From positions 1 through 37,040 of the IMG/VR virus record IMGVR_UViG_3300039239_000012: a stretch of 37,040 bases of DNA, one strand, 5' to 3'. The translations under genes and the position numbers were made by a program. Below the pieces are notes generated by a model. That model was not told where the DNA came from, made no database searches, and saw only the letters and a list, made by a program, of their open reading frames with translations. Source of the stretch: a virus. Its lineage: Duplodnaviria > Caudoviricetes. Numbering within the stretch: position 1 is the stretch's first letter; every line of letters begins with the position of its first letter. This document shows, one piece after another, positions 1 through 9,945 of this stretch.

Positions 1-271
1 CATCCGTAAGTTCAATCGCCGAGCCGAAGGTCCACTCCAGGTAGAAGCCCGGCGCGGAGAAGTCGCCAGGAGCGAACGTGCACATCGTGGCCGTATCCGA
101 GTCTTGCAGGTTGGCAACGGCGCCGCTGACGGGCGCGACGGAACTCACCAGCGCCGCTGTGTCATCCACGCGCGTGGCGCCCGCGTAAAGCTGCAATTGC
201 GAGAGCGTGAGGTTGCTCCCTGCAGTTTGGGGAGCCAGCGCCCGAATCCGCCACTTGGTAGAGGTCGGCAT
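1..271 (-). CDS. Tail-associated/receptor-binding protein, N-terminal part only (runs off the window edge)
   Basis: ATG at 271, 3 nt after the upstream stop; hand translation MPTSTKWRIRALAPQTAGSNLTLSQLQLYAG...GFYLEWTFGSAIELTD is open to the edge; tail operon position. Confidence 0.65.
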   Translation of the reverse strand, partial: MPTSTKWRIRALAPQTAGSNLTLSQLQLYAGATRVDDTAALVSSVAPVSGAVANLQDSDTATMCTFAPGDFSAPGFYLEWTFGSAIELTD

Positions 272-274
272 GGC

Positions 275-1495
275 TTACGCTCTCCAGTTCTTCGTGACGT
301 CGATGAAGAAAGCGAAGTCGTTGGTAGCCACGCCCATATTGCCGCCGCCTGGCAGTGCCAGCAGCTTGGAGCCATACCACTGCCCGTTCCCATCCACCAG
401 CAAGCCCCGAGGAAAGACGCTCGCAGTGGTGTTCTGCGGCACGTAGACCGCGCCGGGGAAGATGCCTCGGGGGCCGTTTGATTCCAGGACTGCGGACCCC
501 ACAACCACCTCGCTCAGCAACAAACCGTTGTTTGCCGGCGCGGGGAAAGGCCCCAGCGCGTTGGCGTCGTTCCCGGAGGTGCCGGTAGACGAACCAGCCA
601 CGCCTCGCCAAGCCAGGTTGCGAGCGGCGCCGAGACCGTTCGGGGCCCTCATCACCCAGCCTAGGTAACTGGTGCCACTGTTCACGCCCAAGCCCACACC
701 GACAGGCGTAGCGGCAGTCTCGCCCACGGCGGCGATCAGGGCGGCACAGTAGGCGTCGCCTGACCGATAGGACTTCAGGTCGCCGAAAAAGAAGGACGAT
801 GCCACGTTGGGCAGGGCGCCCGTGGTGTTGTGCGTACAAGGCAGGAAATACAGCGCACGGCTGTCACCCACGATGGACCACGGAGCTGCGGCCGAGGTGT
901 TGACGGCTGTCTTCCACCAATACCCGCCGCTCGCCACCAGTGCGTTCGGCGGCGCCATATTGGTGCCAGTATCCACGTCCGACATCGATTCGAACATGGT
1001 CACCCGCGCGTGAAGGCCTGTGGCTGGCGAGGCCGCCGTATCCAGCACGCGCAGATAGGGCCGGGTGGATGCTGGGTCGAGCGGCCGGAAAACCGCCTTG
1101 TTCGTGCCGGTGTAGACCTTCTCCCAGCCCAGCGGGGCGATCTTGAACGCCCCACTCGACAGCGTGGCCGTGCCGTCGGGCAGATCCGTGGCGAAGGTCG
1201 CCGTGGTGGCTGTGGCCGTCTTGATCTTCTGCTCGCCGTTCAGGCTGGCATATGTGCCTGTCACGCCGGACAGCAAGATCACGCACTCGGGCGTTGCAGC
1301 GCTTGCCGGAGAGGAGAAACCCAGCGTGGCCACACCACTCGCGACGGTGAGCGAGGTTACGGCCTTGATGCCAAAGCCCGTGACCAGCACGGCGTCGAGC
1401 AGCGCGATCAGGCTGCCGGCGGCATTGTTGAGCGTGGGAGAGCCCGCCATGCTGTCGAGGAAGAACTTCGTAGAGGTGCTGACAAGGGATGCCAT
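275..1495 (-). CDS. Putative tail fibre/tail-tip protein (406 aa)
   Basis: Start MASLVSTSTKFF at 1495 (longer track start overlaps the upstream gene); G/A/T/S-rich beta-type sequence; distal tail position. Confidence 0.7.
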   Translation of the reverse strand: MASLVSTSTKFFLDSMAGSPTLNNAAGSLIALLDAVLVTGFGIKAVTSLTVASGVATLGFSSPASAATPECVILLSGVTGTYASLNGEQKIKTATATTATFATDLPDGTATLSSGAFKIAPLGWEKVYTGTNKAVFRPLDPASTRPYLRVLDTAASPATGLHARVTMFESMSDVDTGTNMAPPNALVASGGYWWKTAVNTSAAAPWSIVGDSRALYFLPCTHNTTGALPNVASSFFFGDLKSYRSGDAYCAALIAAVGETAATPVGVGLGVNSGTSYLGWVMRAPNGLGAARNLAWRGVAGSSTGTSGNDANALGPFPAPANNGLLLSEVVVGSAVLESNGPRGIFPGAVYVPQNTTASVFPRGLLVDGNGQWYGSKLLALPGGGNMGVATNDFAFFIDVTKNWRA

Positions 1496-1535
1496 GGTGT
1501 GGGTCCTGTGAAATGGGTACGGTCTGGCCTGGCGC

Positions 1536-3407
1536 TCAAGCGCTTGGGGGGCGATCCACGCCGCCGCGGCCGAGCAGCTCGGTTTCGTAGTTGGTGCCGG
1601 CGGGCGGGCCCATCTGCACGGTGCGGATGGCTGCAAACGAGGCCATGGCGCCCACCGTGTAGATGAACAGGGCATTGCCGGGGATCCAGCCCTCGCCCCA
1701 GCCGATGGCGGGCAGGGTCAGGAATGGCACGCCCGTATCGGGGTTGATGGGGGCGAAGTCCACATTGATGCTGTGTATCCCCAGCGAGCCGGTGTATTCG
1801 CCGATGAACTCGAACGTGGTGTTTGAACGCATCAGGGCCACCCAGCGCTGCGTGATGGCACCCGCGTTGGTGACGGTGATCGTGCCGTTGTAGCTGGCCA
1901 GGGCCGCATTGCCGACAATGGAGTCGGTCCACTGCTGGTTCCAGCTCACCTGGTCCCAGTGCGGCAGCACGCGGGCCTTGAGGTCGCCTGCCACCAGCGC
2001 CGACGACACCACCGACCCGGTGGGGAAGTCGTGCGCGAGCTGGCCCACCAGCGCCAGCGTGCCGTCGATCTGCACGTCGCCTACGCGGATGAGCTGCTCG
2101 ATGCGGTGCTCTATGGTGACAGGCTGGGCCCAGCCGCTGGTGCTGACGATGGTCACAGTGCCGGCGTCGAGGTCGGCTGTGTAGCCGGTCTGGATCACCG
2201 CCCCGTCGGCGCCCGTAACACGCACGCGCGAGAGGCGCTCGCGGCCGGTGTCGATGGTCTGCCCGTTGCTCACGGCCGCGGGCCCGACCTTGCCCGAGTG
2301 CCCGATGACCAGGTGGCCACCTCGGCGGATCATGGGCACGCGGCCATCGGGCGGCAGGCGCACCGGGTCGAGGCCCAGAATGTCGGCGTCGATGGGGAGG
2401 TAGTAGTAGGCGACGCTGTTGTAGCGCAGCGTGGTGGGATCCACGGGCCAGGGCCGCCAAATCTTGTCTGCCTGCACCGCGCCCACGTCGGTGGGGTCGT
2501 ACCACCATTCCAGCTTCTGCGCCGGCGTGAGGCTCGCATCGAGCACGAAGTCGCCGAACTGGATTTCGTAGACGCCGGTCAGGTAGTCCAGGCGGCCCAA
2601 CAGTTGGGTGCCCACCAGCAGGCCGTCGGGATCGGCCGTGGCAGTCAGCGAATTGCCCTGCGTGTCGGTGAGCAGCAGCACGAAGCCGCCGGGGGCCAGC
2701 GGCGCGGCCTGGGTGCGGCCCATCAGCGTGGCGGTCTTCCAGTTCGCGCGGCGCGTCCACAGGCTGTCCAGCGTGAAGGAATCAGGGCTGCCGCTGACCA
2801 CCCAATCGGTCATGTGCGCCAGACCCTGGGAATAGTCCATGGTGCCCGATGCAATGCCGGGATTCGTGTCGGTGCGGCCGCGGTAGATCGTGCCCTCGAA
2901 ATCCCTGTAGGTGTGGCCCATCCAGGTGAATTGCACGCTGCCCGGCACCACGTAGTCGGCAGAAAGCGGGCACAGGTCGATGGTGAGCAGCGGCGGCGCG
3001 AAGGTCTGGACGTGATCGTTCGTGTCGGTGAAACCCGTGCTGTAGATCACGTACACATTGCCACCGGCCAGCATCTCCTCGGCCACGGCAGCGGTGCTGT
3101 AGACCCCGCCCTTCGCGCTGTCGCTGCCCCCGCCGCCCTGGCCGTTGCCCAGGTTCGCGAAGATCTCTGCGTTTTCGTAGTCGGTCGAGTAGCTTTGCGT
3201 GCGCGAGTCCTGCGAGGTCACGCGGACCTGCAGGGTCTTGGCGGTGTAGTTCACAACCCCGTGGTATGGGCCGAAGGTGCCCGCGCCGTTGTCGTGCAGC
3301 TCGTGGGCGATCAGCTCCTGCGTCTTGGACGTTGTGGCCCGCGTCACGTTGTGCACGTTCTTGGAGCCCGAGGTCCCGAAGGCCTGTTGCGTGGTGGTGT
3401 AGGTCAT
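1536..3407 (-). CDS. Large tail-tip/baseplate-type structural protein, C-terminal half (623 aa)
   Basis: Long ORF with GC-rich codon bias and repeated G-x-x-[DN]-Y-x-x-G beta motifs; same frame as 3420-5162. Confidence 0.75.
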   Translation of the reverse strand: MTYTTTQQAFGTSGSKNVHNVTRATTSKTQELIAHELHDNGAGTFGPYHGVVNYTAKTLQVRVTSQDSRTQSYSTDYENAEIFANLGNGQGGGGSDSAKGGVYSTAAVAEEMLAGGNVYVIYSTGFTDTNDHVQTFAPPLLTIDLCPLSADYVVPGSVQFTWMGHTYRDFEGTIYRGRTDTNPGIASGTMDYSQGLAHMTDWVVSGSPDSFTLDSLWTRRANWKTATLMGRTQAAPLAPGGFVLLLTDTQGNSLTATADPDGLLVGTQLLGRLDYLTGVYEIQFGDFVLDASLTPAQKLEWWYDPTDVGAVQADKIWRPWPVDPTTLRYNSVAYYYLPIDADILGLDPVRLPPDGRVPMIRRGGHLVIGHSGKVGPAAVSNGQTIDTGRERLSRVRVTGADGAVIQTGYTADLDAGTVTIVSTSGWAQPVTIEHRIEQLIRVGDVQIDGTLALVGQLAHDFPTGSVVSSALVAGDLKARVLPHWDQVSWNQQWTDSIVGNAALASYNGTITVTNAGAITQRWVALMRSNTTFEFIGEYTGSLGIHSINVDFAPINPDTGVPFLTLPAIGWGEGWIPGNALFIYTVGAMASFAAIRTVQMGPPAGTNYETELLGRGGVDRPPSA

Positions 3408-3419
3408 TGCGTTGAGGTC

Positions 3420-5162
3420 TCAAACGTCGCTGCGGAAGGCGTTGCCGCCGGGCATCCAGGTCTGCAGCTGCCCATAGGCCACATTCGTGGTGGAGCCGGG
3501 CACGACCGAATCGGGCGCGCTCGCGGTGGTGGTCACCACCTCGGTAGGCGTGGCCACGCCGCCCGAATACGCGAGGCCAGGCTCTTTCTGCAGGTTGGTG
3601 CCGGAGTTCGATCCGGCCGTGGCGGAGGTGGTGCGCGTGGTGAGCCAGAGCACGACCATGGTCCCGGGCGTGGGCACCTGGGCAAGGGTCATGTTCACGA
3701 AGCCCGAGCCGTCGGGCGTGAGACCGCTGAAGGTCTCCACCTCGGTCTCGGAATACTCGAAAGCGATCTGAAACTCGGCGCCCGGGTCGGGCATGGCAGT
3801 GGGCCGGATGCGCAGGCGCCCGGTGGCATACAGGATCTGGCCCGTTGCGTCGCCTGTGAGCCCGCCGGTGCCGTTGTCGGTGGTGGTCTTGGTGACGCCG
3901 CCTGACAGCCAGGTCGCAACCAGGGTGCCGGGCTTCACCTCGTCGTGCTCGAGCACGATGTCGAACTCTGGCTTACGGAAGGTGGCGCCGCCCGACCGGT
4001 TCGTGTAGCCGACCTTTTCACCCCATTGGATGATGATGCTGCTGCCCACGTCGGGCATCTCCTGCAGGGTGATGGCCACGCTGCCGCTGGTGTAGACGAT
4101 CTGGCCAGCGCCTGGGCCCGTGAAAGCCCCTGCCCCGTCATCGATCACCGTGTACCAGTTGCCCAAGGCCATGTAGCTGATAACCACCGTGCCGGGGTGC
4201 GGCAGGGGCAGCAGCAGGTCGGTATAGGCCCGGCGTCGGTTCTCCTGGCCAATCTTGATGCGGCGCGTGTGCGGGGCAGCCCCCACCTCCACGCGGCGCG
4301 GAGCCTCGGCCAGGACCATGTTGCGCACGGAAGCCGGGCGCAGGTCGAGCGCCACGGTCTCGGTGCGCGCGCTGGGCACGAGCTGGGTATAGACGCTGGC
4401 AACCTTTATGGAGGCCTCGCCCAGGTCCGCGGCTGCGGTCAAGGTCGTGGCGCCGTAGTAAGTCGCAGCATCGGCCACAGTGGTGTCCCGCAGCACGGTG
4501 CGCCCAGCCAAGCGCACGAAACTGCGGTCCGGCGGGCTGCCGGGGAAGGCAAAGCGCAGGTCATCGCTCAGCTCACACACCACCACGTCGGCGGTGTAGT
4601 CCACATACCCGCCACCACCCGAATAGGCATAGCTGAACGTCCGGGTTTGGACCTCCACCCGGTTGACTCGGATGTACTGCCGGCGCTCGGTCGGCTGGTC
4701 TTCGTTGTAGACCAGCACCAGGGTGCGGCCGATGGCCGGCGTAACGCTGCCGGGCCGCTGGAAGATCTGAATGCTGTTCTGCCCGGCGACATGGTTCTCA
4801 AGCAGGTAGCCGCTCCACTCGCTCGACTGGATCAGGTAGCTCTCGATGGCGTTCGCGATCTCGGTGCGGCGCGCGAAGGTGGCGCACTTGGCCAGGGTGA
4901 TGGAGACATTCGCATCGTTGGGCGGCTTGGACACGATGACTTGGGCGCCCAGGTAGGTATCGGTGTTGTTGGTGCGCACGGCAAGGTGCAGCTGACGCAC
5001 CGACACGTCGCCGTTCGCGCGGTCCAGCTCGGACACGTCGTTCCAGATGCCATTGCTGCCGCCATCGGGGATGATGGTGCCCGTGGGCCCGCCGCCGCCC
5101 TCGGGGTCGTCGGTCATCACGCGGGAGGCGAGCAGCTTGATGTCGCCGGCAAGGATGGTCAT
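3420..5162 (-). CDS. Large tail-tip/baseplate-type structural protein, N-terminal half (580 aa)
   Basis: MTILAGDIKLLASRVMTDDPEGGGGPTG start recognised from proteobacterial prophage tail modules; ATGA overlap with upstream gene. Confidence 0.75.
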   Translation of the reverse strand: MTILAGDIKLLASRVMTDDPEGGGGPTGTIIPDGGSNGIWNDVSELDRANGDVSVRQLHLAVRTNNTDTYLGAQVIVSKPPNDANVSITLAKCATFARRTEIANAIESYLIQSSEWSGYLLENHVAGQNSIQIFQRPGSVTPAIGRTLVLVYNEDQPTERRQYIRVNRVEVQTRTFSYAYSGGGGYVDYTADVVVCELSDDLRFAFPGSPPDRSFVRLAGRTVLRDTTVADAATYYGATTLTAAADLGEASIKVASVYTQLVPSARTETVALDLRPASVRNMVLAEAPRRVEVGAAPHTRRIKIGQENRRRAYTDLLLPLPHPGTVVISYMALGNWYTVIDDGAGAFTGPGAGQIVYTSGSVAITLQEMPDVGSSIIIQWGEKVGYTNRSGGATFRKPEFDIVLEHDEVKPGTLVATWLSGGVTKTTTDNGTGGLTGDATGQILYATGRLRIRPTAMPDPGAEFQIAFEYSETEVETFSGLTPDGSGFVNMTLAQVPTPGTMVVLWLTTRTTSATAGSNSGTNLQKEPGLAYSGGVATPTEVVTTTASAPDSVVPGSTTNVAYGQLQTWMPGGNAFRSDV

Positions 5163-5554
5163 GGGGAAACCTCGATCAGTCGCACGGTGGCGATATAGGG
5201 ATTGGTGTCGGCGGGCAGCTCGGGGCGGCCCACGGGCACGGCCTGCAGCGGGTCGTCGGGCGAGAACATCACCGTGAACTCACGGCCGTCCGCGTGCGTG
5301 AACAGGTAGGTCGCATCGGGCACGGATGCCAGGGCGCGCAGGTCCTGCAGCACGCCGCGCTCGATCCATCCGGCGTTGTCGTCGGCCTGCAGGGTGATGG
5401 GGCGGCCCGCTTGGCGCACGGCCGCATCCACCAGCAGCGCGCCGGTGAGGCTGTACTCCATGTCCTTTTCGACGGGAAGCCAGTTGTGTTCGTCGGCCCA
5501 GACCATGCCGCGCGGGATCTGCAGCGTGCCGAGGGTGTGGAATGTGGCGCTCAT
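5159..5554 (-). CDS. Minor tail protein (distal-tail-like)
   Basis: 131 aa directly after the tape measure, ATGA overlaps at both ends; SLTGALLV...GRPITL motif. Confidence 0.7.
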   Translation of the reverse strand: MSATFHTLGTLQIPRGMVWADEHNWLPVEKDMEYSLTGALLVDAAVRQAGRPITLQADDNAGWIERGVLQDLRALASVPDATYLFTHADGREFTVMFSPDDPLQAVPVGRPELPADTNPYIATVRLIEVSP

Positions 5555-8292
5555 CGCGAGGTCCCTTTTCCGTTGGTGAGTTCGGCGAGCACGCCCTGCA
5601 GCACGCTGGCGCCCGACGGGTCGGTGTTGATGGACTTGCGCCCGCCGCGCATGTCGAACACCACGGTGGTGCCCATCCCCGAAGACACGCCGCCCGAGCG
5701 CTGGGGCCGGGCTTCGCCGCTGGAGGTGGGTTGCGTCGCCGTGGGCACGGTCTTGGCCTCGGCCTCGATGCGCGCCTTTTCGCCCTTCACGCGCTCTTGC
5801 TCGATCAGGCCCTCGACCCGCGCCAGCTCGGCCATGATGTTGCGTTGCTGGTTCAGGCTCTCCTGCGAGCGGGTCACGTTGCCGTAGTTCTTCTGGTAGT
5901 TCTGCAGCTGCTGGCGCAAGGCCCAGGCCTGCCGGGTCAGCTGGCTGTCGGCGAACTCCTCGCCGTAGCGCTTCACGATGTCCTGCGTGATGTCGGTTTC
6001 GAGCACAGCGGCTTCGCGGACATCGCCCGACTTCCCCACCAGGTCGGACCCGTTGCCCACCTTGTTGCGGTCGTGGATTTCCTGCAGCTTCTTGGTCGCG
6101 GCTGCCGCAGCCTCGGCGCTCTGGCCCATCTGCTGGAAGCCGCCCGCGGCACCGCGCGCTGCATTGCCCACGTTCTTGGTGGCGGTCTCGGCGTCCCGCA
6201 TGGAGCGCACGATCACATTGCCGCTCTCGGTGACTTCCAGCTTCAGGCCGGACGCCGAGGCCTTGGCCTCCAGCAGAGCGCGGGCGGTGCGCACGGCGCT
6301 TTCGCCTTGGCGCTCGGCGGCTTCCATCGCGGCATTGGCCATGGCCGTGAAGGCATCGCGCAGCACCGCGGTCGAGGTGACGCCGTTTTTCTTCAGGGTG
6401 TCGAACGCGCCTGCGGTCTTGGTGGCGACCTCGTTCAGATCCTCGGTCGTCTTCATGCCCAAGCTGCGAAACGCTGCAGCCACCGCAAGCGCCGTTTCGT
6501 TGGCATCGGTCTTAGCGCCCTGCAATGCCTTGCGCAACTGCTCTTGGACCTTTGTGGCCTCCTGCCAGTTTCCGGTTGCCACGGCAGCTTCATACTCGGC
6601 CCGCAGCTCCCTGGTGCTCTTGGTTGCCTTGACCTGAGATGCGTTCTCTGCATCGATGGCCCGCTGCAGTATTTCGGTGGTCTCGCGGGCCAGGTCCTGG
6701 CCTTTGGCCATGCCCTTGAAGGCGTCCTCTGCTTCTTTGACGGGCGGAGCAACCTTCTTGACCTCGGTTGTCAGCCCGACAATGCCGTTCCGGGCTTCCT
6801 CGGATGCCTTCGTGATGGCATCGAGGGAGGCCTTGGCCTTGTCACGCATCGCCTGCGCAGCATCCCCGAACCCCTCGGCGGCGTTGCGGGCATCCTCGGC
6901 CGCAAGTTCGAAGCTCTTCGAGAGCCCGCCGAATGTGATGGCGGCGAGCCCCTCGCGGAGCTTGACCAGCCCCTCCATGACCACGCTGGCGGTCGAAGCA
7001 AATCCGGAGCCGATGGCGTAAATGGCGACAAGCACTGAATTGACGCCAGTGGACATGATCCCGTAGGCCGCTTGCACGATGGCCCCGGCGTTCGTGGCCT
7101 TCTGTCCCAACTCTTCGAAGAACTGCCCCGCCTGGCCGGCGAACTCCTGCAGCTTGGCAACCACGGCCACAAAATCGATGGTGCCCAGGAACTCGCGCAC
7201 CCACTTGATACCGGCTTGAAAGGCGGTAGCGATTGCCTCGCCGAACTTGCCCACGGTTCCATCGGCAACAGCGCTGCGGAACGAGGCGGCCAGCTGATCG
7301 ACAGCATCCTTGATCACGGGCAGCACGGGCGTGCCCAGCGTGTTGGTGAGGTACTCCCAGGCCTTGCCCAGCGAGGAAATAGAGCCGTTCAGGTTGTCGC
7401 GCAGCACCGCAGCCGTGCGGGCGGCTTCGCCTTCGGAGGTCTTCAGCTTGGCTGTGAGCTCGTCCAGCGAGCCCATGCCCAGGTTCAGCATCGCGCGCAG
7501 GGCCGGGCCCGCTTCGAGCCCCACGGCGTTGATCGCCTTGGCACCTGCAGGACCTGCGGCCGCAAGCTGGTGGATGGCCTTCTCGAAGTTGTCGGTGCTG
7601 ATCCCTGCCGCGCCCAACTCCGCCCGGAACTTGGAGGCAGGGTCCAGGAACTGCGACATGATGCTGTTCAAGGCAGTACCTGCCCGGCCAGCATCGATGC
7701 CGCCCTGCGCGAACTGCCCCAGCAGCGCGACGGTGGATTCCAGGCTCAGGCCCAGCGCCTTGGCCGTGGGTGCTGCGTAGCTGAGTGCCTGGGTCAGGCC
7801 GCCCACGCTGGTCTTTGTCGCATTGGCGCCGCCGGCCAGTACGTCCGCCACACGGGCGGAATCCTTGAACGCCAGGCCCAGGCCGAAAACGACCTGCGTC
7901 AGTGCTTCGCTGGCCTCGCCTAGCCCGATATTCCCGGCCTTGGCAAGGTCGGCGGCCGGCTTGAGCGCTGCGATTGCTTCGGTGGCGCTCAGGCCGGCCT
8001 TACCCAGGTTTTCGAGTGCGAGGGCCGCCTCGACGCCGCCGAAGTCTTCGAGGCCCTCCGCAGCCTGGCGCAGCTGCGCCATCTCTTCCTTGGACGCGCC
8101 TGTCGCCGCTTGCACGCGGTCCATGCCCTCTTCGAGGTTGGCCGCACCCTTGACGGCACCCACGAACGCGGACACCCCGAGATAGGTAGCGATGGCCGCA
8201 CCCACCGTCGCAACCGTGTTCTTCAGGTTGAGGAACACCGCCGAGGCATCGTCCTTGGCGTTGATCAGGATCTGAATGACTTTGTTGGCCAT
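5551..8292 (-). CDS. Tail tape measure protein (TP901-family core)
   Basis: 913 aa, Ala-rich and helical; core motifs ADVLAGGANATKTSV, ALSYAAPTAKALGLSLE, AGTAL. Confidence 0.93.
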   Translation of the reverse strand: MANKVIQILINAKDDASAVFLNLKNTVATVGAAIATYLGVSAFVGAVKGAANLEEGMDRVQAATGASKEEMAQLRQAAEGLEDFGGVEAALALENLGKAGLSATEAIAALKPAADLAKAGNIGLGEASEALTQVVFGLGLAFKDSARVADVLAGGANATKTSVGGLTQALSYAAPTAKALGLSLESTVALLGQFAQGGIDAGRAGTALNSIMSQFLDPASKFRAELGAAGISTDNFEKAIHQLAAAGPAGAKAINAVGLEAGPALRAMLNLGMGSLDELTAKLKTSEGEAARTAAVLRDNLNGSISSLGKAWEYLTNTLGTPVLPVIKDAVDQLAASFRSAVADGTVGKFGEAIATAFQAGIKWVREFLGTIDFVAVVAKLQEFAGQAGQFFEELGQKATNAGAIVQAAYGIMSTGVNSVLVAIYAIGSGFASTASVVMEGLVKLREGLAAITFGGLSKSFELAAEDARNAAEGFGDAAQAMRDKAKASLDAITKASEEARNGIVGLTTEVKKVAPPVKEAEDAFKGMAKGQDLARETTEILQRAIDAENASQVKATKSTRELRAEYEAAVATGNWQEATKVQEQLRKALQGAKTDANETALAVAAAFRSLGMKTTEDLNEVATKTAGAFDTLKKNGVTSTAVLRDAFTAMANAAMEAAERQGESAVRTARALLEAKASASGLKLEVTESGNVIVRSMRDAETATKNVGNAARGAAGGFQQMGQSAEAAAAATKKLQEIHDRNKVGNGSDLVGKSGDVREAAVLETDITQDIVKRYGEEFADSQLTRQAWALRQQLQNYQKNYGNVTRSQESLNQQRNIMAELARVEGLIEQERVKGEKARIEAEAKTVPTATQPTSSGEARPQRSGGVSSGMGTTVVFDMRGGRKSINTDPSGASVLQGVLAELTNGKGTSR

Positions 8293-8399
8293 GCGCTCTT
8301 GTGGTGGGTGGTGCTACGGCTTGCGCTGGATCCGCGTGGGCAGGCCCAGGGCGAGCCGCAGGGCGCGCGCGGCGCCGTGCGGGCGGGGTCGCGCTGGGG

Positions 8400-9191
8400 T
8401 CAGATCACGACGGGGCGGCCGTCGCAGTAAATGGCTTCGCCGTTGGCGGGCTTCAGGCACTCCAGGCCGAATTCCATGGCGGCCACGTCGGTGCCTTCAG
8501 CGATCAGGGGCAGGTCGCCGCTGGGGGTCAGCGTGACCTTGGGCAGATACCAATCGCGGTTGCCGCCGGTGGCGTTGTCGGACACCACGCGCAGGGCACC
8601 CGAGAGCTCGGACTTGCCGCCGGACTTCACGCGCTCGAAGGCCGCGGCGACGGGGGTGTAGCCGAACTGCACCACGCTGTCGCTGGTGATGTCGCCGCCC
8701 TCGATGATCTGCACGCGGCCGGTCTCAGGATCTACGTTGTAGTCCTCGCCCGCGACATAGGTCGTGGTGCCGCCCTGGTTCTTCACCGTGATGGCAGTGA
8801 CATTGCGCACGCCGAGAAGGTTGGCGCTCGTGGCGCCGAGCTGGTACTGGCGGCCCTGGATGACCGTGCGCAATTCACCGGTCACGGGGGTGGCCACCTG
8901 GTTCTTTTTCTCCAGCGTGCCGGTGAGCCAGAGGGCCGCGTTCGACGGGCTGAAGTTGTCGCAGGTGACGGAGCCGGTGCGGTCCACGCGGATCACCCAG
9001 GAACCATCTTTCTGCTGCAGGCCGGTTTCCGAGCTGTAGTGATCGGACTTCTCGGTCTCGATGGTCAGCGTGATGCCGGGGCAGTTGCCCAGCGGGATCT
9101 CGCCCGTCAGCTCCTCGCTGGCGTTGTAGGGGTCGAAGTACACGCGGCCGCGGGGGATCAGGTACTCGTTCTTGACGTGCTGGATAGCCAT
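8400..9191 (-). CDS. Major tail (tube) protein
   Basis: 263 aa upstream of the tape measure; YLIPRGRVYF...LGNCPG...LPKVTLTPSGDLPLI pattern. Confidence 0.8.
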   Translation of the reverse strand: MAIQHVKNEYLIPRGRVYFDPYNASEELTGEIPLGNCPGITLTIETEKSDHYSSETGLQQKDGSWVIRVDRTGSVTCDNFSPSNAALWLTGTLEKKNQVATPVTGELRTVIQGRQYQLGATSANLLGVRNVTAITVKNQGGTTTYVAGEDYNVDPETGRVQIIEGGDITSDSVVQFGYTPVAAAFERVKSGGKSELSGALRVVSDNATGGNRDWYLPKVTLTPSGDLPLIAEGTDVAAMEFGLECLKPANGEAIYCDGRPVVI

Positions 9192-9215
9192 TGCTGTTGC
9201 TCCAATGGGTGGGAA

Positions 9216-9623
9216 TCAGTCCTGGCCTTCGTAGAGGGCCTGGGTGGAAAAGAAGAGCTCGAAGGCGAGCACGCCGTCGGGCGGGTGGTCGGACTGCACT
9301 CCGACGCAGCGAAGCGGCTCCCACCCGCGGCCGCCCACCTTGCCGGGCGCCCAGTTGTGCAGGGCCTTGATGACCGCCTCGATAGCCGCGTCGAGCATTT
9401 CTTCTGCGTCGTCGCTGTCCCGAACTGCCAACGTGACACCCCACAGGGGCACGATCTGTGCAGCGGTGTTGCGAGTCGGGGCCGATTCCGCGCGCGCGAA
9501 ATGCACATCCGCGCACGGGACCGGCTTGCGGTCCACCGTGGGGGAGCCTTTGCGAACAGTCCAGCCGTTGAGGGCGGGCAGTGCGGCCAGGCGTTCGGTA
9601 ATGGGGTTGCCGAGGGCGAGCAT
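9216..9623 (-). CDS. Putative tail terminator/completion protein
   Basis: 135 aa between the head-tail joining and tail tube genes. Confidence 0.6.
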   Translation of the reverse strand: MLALGNPITERLAALPALNGWTVRKGSPTVDRKPVPCADVHFARAESAPTRNTAAQIVPLWGVTLAVRDSDDAEEMLDAAIEAVIKALHNWAPGKVGGRGWEPLRCVGVQSDHPPDGVLAFELFFSTQALYEGQD

Positions 9624-9628
9624 GGCTA

Positions 9629-9940
9629 TCAGTCCTTCGGGAACACAGTGACGTTGACCCAGCCGCCGGCATCGGGCTGCACCTGGCCGGAGACCTCGTG
9701 CACCACGCCATCGATCACCAGCTCCGACCCAGCTACCAGGCCGGGCGTGTTGGCGATGCAGAAGCCAGCGGTGAGGCTGGCCATGTCCACCGTGTTGCCA
9801 TCGAGAACGCCGTCCCCTTCCCGGTCGAAGATGACGCCGAACGGCTGGCCGCCCTGGTACACCCCCTGCGCATTGCCGAGGCGGCGCTCCACCACGTCAT
9901 TGACGCGGCTTTCCAGGGCGGCGAAGGGCGACAGGCTCAT
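9629..9940 (-). CDS. Head-tail joining protein (gpFII-like)
   Basis: Start MSLSPFAALESRVN at 9940; small beta protein ending QPDAGGWVNVTV; synteny. Confidence 0.7.
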   Translation of the reverse strand: MSLSPFAALESRVNDVVERRLGNAQGVYQGGQPFGVIFDREGDGVLDGNTVDMASLTAGFCIANTPGLVAGSELVIDGVVHEVSGQVQPDAGGWVNVTVFPKD

Positions 9941-9945
9941 GGCGC

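Noticed and set aside
1496-1675. Extended starts in the track (275-1675; likewise 9629-10216, 19322-20809, 28967-30058, 31561-32397, 35979-36998)
   Set aside because: Extensions overlap upstream genes; downstream starts fit SD, coupling and domain boundaries
3360-3422. Selenocysteine decoding of the in-frame TGA
   Set aside because: No SECIS-like hairpin immediately downstream and no redox context
3417-3424. GTCTCAAA, matching half of the late-promoter box and overlapping the in-frame TGA
   Set aside because: No second half-site at 13-nt spacing and no -10-like hexamer at the conserved distance; probably chance
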